Source: Calditrichia bacterium (GTDB lineage Bacteria; Calditrichota; Calditrichia; RBG-13-44-9; J075). Taken from it: 22,946 bases of DNA. The notes beneath the pieces were generated by a model that saw only the letters and a program-made list of their open reading frames with translations, had not been told where the DNA came from and did no database searches. Location of the stretch: contig JBOEGD010000002.1 in assembly GCA_050633245.1 (NCBI GenBank), positions 1 to 22,946 of the forward strand, read 5' to 3'. Made by a program: the position numbers and the translations under genes. Below are positions 17,292 to 22,946 of this stretch, piece after piece; the first letter of the stretch is position 1; every line of letters begins with the position of its first letter.

Positions 17292-17422
17292 AAGGTCTCC
17301 CGGAAGTTACGAATTCTTGTATTCTTTTTGAAGCTTATTAAACGATCGCTTAAAAAAATGTATTCTTTCAAAATAGTTATTTTTTCTCATTTGGCAAGTT
17401 AAAATTTATTCTGAGCAGTTGC

Positions 17423-18229
17423 GTGTCATTAAATTATATGACAAATTTCAGTATGATTCCATATGATATCGTGTTAAAGAGTCTGGTCGCAGGACTACTC
17501 GCAAGCCTTGCCTGTGGGCTGGGGGTGCTGCCGCTTATGATAAAACGAATCGACCCGGCGCGCCATACCGGACTGGCATACGGACTGGCCGGAGGGCTGA
17601 TGTTTTCAGCATCGGTATACAATTTGATTTTACCCGGCCTGACACTTTCATCTTATCAAATACGCTTTAGCGATACCTGGCCGGTGCTGTTGGGTATGTT
17701 CATGGGAGCGCTTTTTCTTTCGCTGACGAATACATACTTATCCCGAGAAAGGCTCGAAAAAAAAAGCTGGAAACGCTGGGGAACGAAGGCAGAACTGTTG
17801 ATATTTATTGCAATGGCAGTCCACAGTTTGCCTGAAGGCGTAGCGGTAGGTGTTGGATATGCGTCTGAAGCAGTTTACGACAATCAATTAGGAAATTACA
17901 TGGCCGTTGCAATTGGAATTCACAATATCCCTGAGGGACTGGCAATTGGCATTCCATTACGCGCTGCCGGTTCTTCGATTCCGCGGGCATTTTGGGCAGC
18001 CGTTTTAACCAGCATTCCACAACCTCTCGCGGCAGTTCCTGCAAGTATGGCATCATGGCTGTTTCAACCATTGATGCCGGTTTTTATGGGGTTTGCCGCC
18101 GGAGCCATGATTTTTTTGGTTATTATCGAAATAATCCCCGATGCCCTGGAAAGCGAAAGTGCGCATCATACCGCGTGGGCATTCATAAGCGGCTTCTGTT
18201 TGATGCTGCTTATTCAGGTTCTTCTATAA
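17423..18229 (+). CDS. ZIP family (GufA/ZupT-like) divalent metal transporter
   Basis: HSLPEGVAVG and HNIPEGLAIG metal-site motifs, GFAAGAMIFLV; true start may be ATG 17438 or 17453. Confidence 0.9.
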   Translation: MSLNYMTNFSMIPYDIVLKSLVAGLLASLACGLGVLPLMIKRIDPARHTGLAYGLAGGLMFSASVYNLILPGLTLSSYQIRFSDTWPVLLGMFMGALFLSLTNTYLSRERLEKKSWKRWGTKAELLIFIAMAVHSLPEGVAVGVGYASEAVYDNQLGNYMAVAIGIHNIPEGLAIGIPLRAAGSSIPRAFWAAVLTSIPQPLAAVPASMASWLFQPLMPVFMGFAAGAMIFLVIIEIIPDALESESAHHTAWAFISGFCLMLLIQVLL

Positions 18230-18751
18230 TCAATCTTCGTCGTCTTCATTGATTAACACCTGCCAATTCGGTCGCTTTTCCTTATTGTGAGCCGGGAAAG
18301 AAGCTGTCAATTCCAATAAGCGCCGACGCGTTGCCTGTAGACGGTTAATAACGACCAATCCAACCCGCTTGGAAAGCCTGTAGGCAAACTCCAGATCCTT
18401 TTCAAGAATCTCATGCATAATGCGCGCTGGAAATGCGATTGTTTTGGTAGCCTGCCGGGCACGAGCATCGAAATGCCACTGGAAAGGAGGATAAAGCCAA
18501 GACCAGCCTAAAACGTCATCAGAATGGATATATTCCACGGTAACTGCGCCATAGTTTGCAACCCCAACCTCCAATGCGACTAATCCATTTTCGATCAGAT
18601 AGAAGGTGTCCGCCTTATCTCCATCCTGAAAAATTCGTTCACCCGCATAAAACTGTGTCTCTCTGGCATGGTCCGCAATCTGCTTTACATCCTCCGGCGG
18701 AAAGCCGATAAAAAATGGGTGCTGTAGAAGTCGCTCTAATATATTTTCCAT
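18230..18751 (-). CDS. Stand-alone cyclic-nucleotide-binding (CAP_ED) domain protein with no HTH
   Basis: F.AGERIFQDGD.ADTFYLIENG.V; LGWSWLYPP; GGAGG (18761-18765) lies 9 nt upstream of ATG 18751. Confidence 0.85.
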   Translation of the reverse strand: MENILERLLQHPFFIGFPPEDVKQIADHARETQFYAGERIFQDGDKADTFYLIENGLVALEVGVANYGAVTVEYIHSDDVLGWSWLYPPFQWHFDARARQATKTIAFPARIMHEILEKDLEFAYRLSKRVGLVVINRLQATRRRLLELTASFPAHNKEKRPNWQVLINEDDED

Positions 18752-18810
18752 AATCAAATACCTCCGGTTATTAATCTATTACAGCTTTCGAGCAATATTT
18801 CGAGATTCTG

Positions 18811-20676
18811 CTATTCATTTGCAGCAAAGATCAGCTCAATATGATTCAGGTTTGCAGTATGAGAAATTTTTATCGCGCAACCACTTCGTTGAAAAATCAT
18901 CATCATTGCTTTATTATTTGGCAGTACATCAGCCGTGAACCCTTTGATCCCATTGGATGAGGCGACTTTCATCAACTGCCGCATTAATTCGGTTCCTATT
19001 CCTTGCTTCTGATAGGCATTGCGAATTAGAAAAGCTGCGTCTGCAAGATTGCTTGAGAGATCCAGCGAGTAATTCGCCACTCCGCATATCACCTCTTCTT
19101 CATCGCGCATTTCCACGGCAAGCAAGCACATCTTGCTTTGGTAGTCAACGTTCACGATTTCCTGGGCGTGCTTATGGGGAAATGCCGTGATACGGGCCAG
19201 AAAGCGCTTGTAGATACTCTCTTCATCCAGCGAGTAAAGCATTCCTTTAAGCACTTCCTCATCGGAGGGACGTGAGGGACGGATAAAAATCTCGCGACCA
19301 TCCTTGGCTTGCATCTGCGACTCCCACTTCAGTGGATAGGCTGCCCTGGGCATCATAAACTGATCTGCCGGCAACAACAGTCTTTCCCTGGCTGCTTTTA
19401 GTAATTCTTCCCGATAGTCAGGATGGGCAATAGCAATAAGTGACAGCGTACGCTCGCGAACGGTTTTACCCCAAAGATCCGCAACACCATATTCCGTTAC
19501 GACATAGTGCACATCTCCACGCGTTGTTACGACGCCTGCTCCGGGCTGCAGCTGCTCAACAATTCTCGACCGCGTTCCCTTGCTTGCAGTGGACGGAAGC
19601 ACTAAAATAGATTTTCCGCCATTTGAACGCGCTGCGCCGCGAATAAAATCGACCTGCCCGCCAATTCCGCTATAAAAACGATGCCCAATACTATCGGCAC
19701 AGACCTGACCGGTTAAGTCGATCTCTATTGCGGAGTTTATCGAGATCATATTGTCGTTTCTTGCGATAATGAAGGGATCATTTGTAAACTCAACCGAGCG
19801 AAATTCAAACATCGGGTTGTCATCGACAAAATCATAAAGCTTGCGACTTCCCATACAGAATCCAGAAACCACTTTACCGGGTAAAAGCGTCTTACGCGCG
19901 CCGGTCAGAACGCCTTTTTCAATCAGTTCGATAATGCCATCAGAGAACATCTCGGTATGAACACCCAAATCGCGATGTTCGTGAAGACACTGTAAAACGG
20001 CATTTGGTATGCTACCAATTCCCATTTGGAGGGTAGCGCCATCGCCAATTAAACCAGCAGCATAGCGCCCGATTGTTTCTGCGGTCTTATCGATTGTCAT
20101 AACACCCGTTTCTAACAGAGGCGCATTATTCTCAACAAGATAGTCAATGTTATTTACATGGATAAAGCTGTCTCCATGCGTTCGCGGCATATTCGGATTC
20201 ACTTCGGCAATTACCAGGTCTGCACTTTCTGCAGCAGCTTTTACGACATCTACAGAAACACCATAACTACAGTATCCAAAGCGATCCGGCGGAGTGGTTT
20301 GAATTAAGGCAACGTCCGGACGAAGTCTACCGCGGCGGAACAAGCGAGGGATTTCCGACAAAAAAACCGGCGTATAATCCGCTCGCCCGCTTGCCACAGC
20401 GCTACGCACATTCGCACCAATAAAAAGGGCATTATGACGAAAAATCTCCCCCATCGTCTTATCCACATAAGGAGCTTCACCAAGCGTCATCAGGTGTGCG
20501 ATTTGTGTATCCACCAGATCCACCCCTCGTGCGGCCATGCCCTTTACCAGTAGCTGCGGTTCTGCAGCTCCAGAGCCAACAAATACACGTTGACCCCTGC
20601 GAATGTGTGAAACAGCTTCTTCCACGTTTACAAACTTATGATTAAATTTTTCCAGGATTTCACTGCGTTTCTGCAT
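18811..20676 (-). CDS. Acetyl-CoA hydrolase / 4-hydroxybutyrate CoA-transferase fused to a C-terminal GNAT acetyltransferase
   Basis: LQMGIGSIP, HTEMFSDG (catalytic Glu), SGIGGQVDF, VTEYGVADL; GNAT YQKQGIGT and VLPNNKAM. Confidence 0.9.
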   Translation of the reverse strand: MQKRSEILEKFNHKFVNVEEAVSHIRRGQRVFVGSGAAEPQLLVKGMAARGVDLVDTQIAHLMTLGEAPYVDKTMGEIFRHNALFIGANVRSAVASGRADYTPVFLSEIPRLFRRGRLRPDVALIQTTPPDRFGYCSYGVSVDVVKAAAESADLVIAEVNPNMPRTHGDSFIHVNNIDYLVENNAPLLETGVMTIDKTAETIGRYAAGLIGDGATLQMGIGSIPNAVLQCLHEHRDLGVHTEMFSDGIIELIEKGVLTGARKTLLPGKVVSGFCMGSRKLYDFVDDNPMFEFRSVEFTNDPFIIARNDNMISINSAIEIDLTGQVCADSIGHRFYSGIGGQVDFIRGAARSNGGKSILVLPSTASKGTRSRIVEQLQPGAGVVTTRGDVHYVVTEYGVADLWGKTVRERTLSLIAIAHPDYREELLKAARERLLLPADQFMMPRAAYPLKWESQMQAKDGREIFIRPSRPSDEEVLKGMLYSLDEESIYKRFLARITAFPHKHAQEIVNVDYQSKMCLLAVEMRDEEEVICGVANYSLDLSSNLADAAFLIRNAYQKQGIGTELMRQLMKVASSNGIKGFTADVLPNNKAMMMIFQRSGCAIKISHTANLNHIELIFAANE

Positions 20677-21608
20677 TATGAGTTAGAACCTTCCCGCTCA
20701 ACAAGTTCAACATCTTCTTCGTTTTTTTCCTCTGTACATCGAACAGAAAGAACCGGCTTTGTGCTGAATCGTGCTACGCGTTCAGCATTGCTGCCAATGA
20801 GTAAATGATCGAGCCCGGTTAAGCCGCGCGTGCCCATAACGATAAGTGCAACATCCTCGTTTTTAGCGTAATCCACGACCTCATTCCATGCGCGTCCTTC
20901 TCGCACGATGTAGACGGCATCTCCATCGTAGTCAGCGAATTCCTTCAGACGTTCAACAACACGTGTCTCGAAATCCTTGTCTACCATAAACGCCGAAGCA
21001 ACCTGAACGCTGTAAAAAGCCGGATGAATTTCGTATTCGACAACATGAATAAACACCGGTATCAGTCCCAGGTCTTTTGCCAGCTTTGTTGCCATGGCGG
21101 CAGCCATTTTCGAGGATTCCGAAAAATCGAGAGGAACTAAAATCTTTCCTTTTTTCGGAAAACCAGTATCTTTGTGCACGGTAATAACCGGCTGTTTAGC
21201 GAGTCTGACTACGCGCTCGCTTACGCTACCATAAAACCAGCGTTTTAATCCTGTTCTCCCATGCGTACCCATAACAATCAGATCTGCTGCTATCTCATCA
21301 GCATATTGTAAAATCTCTTCGGCTGCTGAATACCCGCGGCGCACTTCGGATGTCAACAAGACACCTTTTCTCTCGGCCTCGGTTCGATATTTTGCGATAA
21401 GCGCACGACTATCATCTTCCTGAAGCTTTAGATACTGATCGTAATCGCGCGAAAAGCTATGGCTTTCCGGCTCGCTCTGGAAAAGCACAATACTGTGAAA
21501 CGCATAGAGCGTCGCACTATACTTTTTTGCCAGCGAGACTGCATAGTTCAATGCCTCTTCAGAAAAGGTGCTAAAATCGAGCGGAACAACGATTCGTTTG
21601 ATTTTCAT
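20676..21608 (-). CDS. Tandem-domain universal stress protein
   Basis: Two VPLDFS motifs and two G-x2-G-x9-GS ATP-binding motifs; AGGAG RBS; TAATG overlap with the next gene. Confidence 0.93.
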   Translation of the reverse strand: MKIKRIVVPLDFSTFSEEALNYAVSLAKKYSATLYAFHSIVLFQSEPESHSFSRDYDQYLKLQEDDSRALIAKYRTEAERKGVLLTSEVRRGYSAAEEILQYADEIAADLIVMGTHGRTGLKRWFYGSVSERVVRLAKQPVITVHKDTGFPKKGKILVPLDFSESSKMAAAMATKLAKDLGLIPVFIHVVEYEIHPAFYSVQVASAFMVDKDFETRVVERLKEFADYDGDAVYIVREGRAWNEVVDYAKNEDVALIVMGTRGLTGLDHLLIGSNAERVARFSTKPVLSVRCTEEKNEEDVELVEREGSNS

Positions 21609-21970
21609 GATGATCTCCTATAAAAGCTTAATCCAACGCTTTGCTATTCAATTCTCCATTTGTCTTTTAACAATACAATTCGCTTGCCAGCCTCATCGAC
21701 AGACAGTTAAATAGCTGTTTTTATTTATCTTAGAAACTATAGAAATCATTTAACCATACCTCTTGAATGGCCACATTATGCTCCAAACAGCCAACCTAAA
21801 AAAACCTAAGCACATTATAAACAGCGTCTTATATACAGATTGCATAACACGTGCAGTATACACTTTTGTGGCACCTTTCAAATTTATCGTTCTGTAAAAT
21901 GTACTTTGATCGAGCAAAAAATTTTAAGAATTTACCGTCGTGTCCGGCGATAAAACTGAGATTACTCCTG

Positions 21971-22846
21971 ATGGATCAACGCTTCTTAAGCTACTTCAAT
22001 CGCGCAATTGCAACTCCTGAGCTGGACTGGTTGATGTTGTTCTTCAGCTACGTTGCACCAGTGCTCATTATCGTGCCGCTACTTTTTTACTGGTACCGCC
22101 AACGCGAGAAGCTCAGCAGCGCAATGTTAGTTGCTCTTGTTGTCTCCATTGCCTGTGCACTTCTGCTGCAATACCTCGGCATGCGTCCGCGCCCGGATGA
22201 TGTACGCTTATTGGCTGAGCAGCCGGCGTTTCCGTCCTATCCAAGTGGACATACCGCGGCGGCCTTTGCGCTACTGATGTGTATATGGCTCTATGATCGG
22301 CGTTTCTTAAGCGGACTGGCGGCACTGGCAATCGCAACCGGAATTGCCATAAGCCGTATTTACCTGGGGCATCACTGGCCGTCTGATGTTGTTGGGGGGA
22401 TTATTTTAGGAAGCTCAATTGGAGCCGGATTATACGGATTAATGCTGCTGGGAAAAAAAGGTCTCGATCGGTGGCGCTGGTTAGTGTGGCCACAGATAGG
22501 CATTGTCGTTGTCGTAACACAGATGGCTTATCTAAACTATCTTCCCTTTCATCTATTGCGCTGGCAGTATGCAGATAAAGTGCTTCATTTCATCCTGTTT
22601 GGGCTTGTTACCTTCTGGCTGCATATTTGGCTTCGTGGCAAAACCTGGCGCTTTTTGGGTATTCCACTTCCCGTTGCTATTTTACTGCCATTTCTGGTGG
22701 CGATTATCGATGAAGGATTCCAGTTTTTTTCTCCCGTTCGCAATGCTGATATGGTTGACTTATGGAGTGATCTCGGTGGCATGTTTTTTTTCTGGATACC
22801 AAGTCATATTATAGTATGGTGGTCGAAGCGCAGCAGTGAGTCTTGA
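21971..22846 (+). CDS. PAP2 phosphatase fused to a VanZ-like membrane domain
   Basis: RPRP, SYPSGH, SRIYLGHHWPSD; VanZ-like DKVLHFILFG and DEGFQFFSPVRNAD..D...D..G; start ATG 21971 preferred over GTG 21851. Confidence 0.85.
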   Translation: MDQRFLSYFNRAIATPELDWLMLFFSYVAPVLIIVPLLFYWYRQREKLSSAMLVALVVSIACALLLQYLGMRPRPDDVRLLAEQPAFPSYPSGHTAAAFALLMCIWLYDRRFLSGLAALAIATGIAISRIYLGHHWPSDVVGGIILGSSIGAGLYGLMLLGKKGLDRWRWLVWPQIGIVVVVTQMAYLNYLPFHLLRWQYADKVLHFILFGLVTFWLHIWLRGKTWRFLGIPLPVAILLPFLVAIIDEGFQFFSPVRNADMVDLWSDLGGMFFFWIPSHIIVWWSKRSSES

Positions 22847-22920
22847 GTAGCAAGAAATAAGTGGCGAGTCGTTTTATTTGGCATTGAGGGGACATAAAAT
22901 AAATTTGCGCGATTGCCATT

Positions 22921-22946
22921 CTCACGTTTCACTTTTCACGTTTCAC
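22921..22946. repeat. Heptamer tandem repeat (YTCACKT)x3.7 running off the window end
   Basis: ctcacgt ttcactt ttcacgt ttcac. Confidence 0.7.

Noticed and set aside
21660-21673. FNR-like box TTGTCTTTTAACAA upstream of the USP operon
   Set aside because: Only 7 of 10 consensus positions match, in AT-rich DNA; plausible but unsupported
22862-22919. Long imperfect hairpin after the PAP2-VanZ gene
   Set aside because: Pairing is interrupted and partly low-complexity; no function can be assigned

Overview
Gene-dense bacterial window with 18 credible CDS. The C-terminal NYPNPFNPSTT/FlgD-Ig sorting domain and the short-type AMP nucleosidase suggest an FCB-group organism such as Calditrichota or KSB1 (inference). 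In order: sulfotransferase-like protein (-); B12-binding radical SAM; alpha/beta hydrolase flanked by two inverted GTAG-hairpin (REP-like) arrays; a minus-strand run (TPR-membrane protein, TPR-AAA ATPase, S9 peptidase, M28 peptidase); a divergent three-gene locus (Cys-rich, PPPR-tailed leader ORF; lipoprotein with a heme-less cytochrome-c-like domain and a His-rich beta-propeller; FG-GAP repeat secreted protein); WG-repeat protein; TMEM175 channel and AMP nucleosidase; ZIP transporter; a cNMP-domain / CoA-transferase-GNAT / USP operon; and a PAP2-VanZ fusion. Heptamer tandem repeats sit at both window ends. I saw no rRNA, tRNA, CRISPR array or transposase. The strongest candidate for an undescribed system is 10612-14777, which may be a metal (copper)-sensing ribosome-stalling leader controlling a surface metal-binding beta-propeller. 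All family calls come from motif recognition by eye, not database searches.
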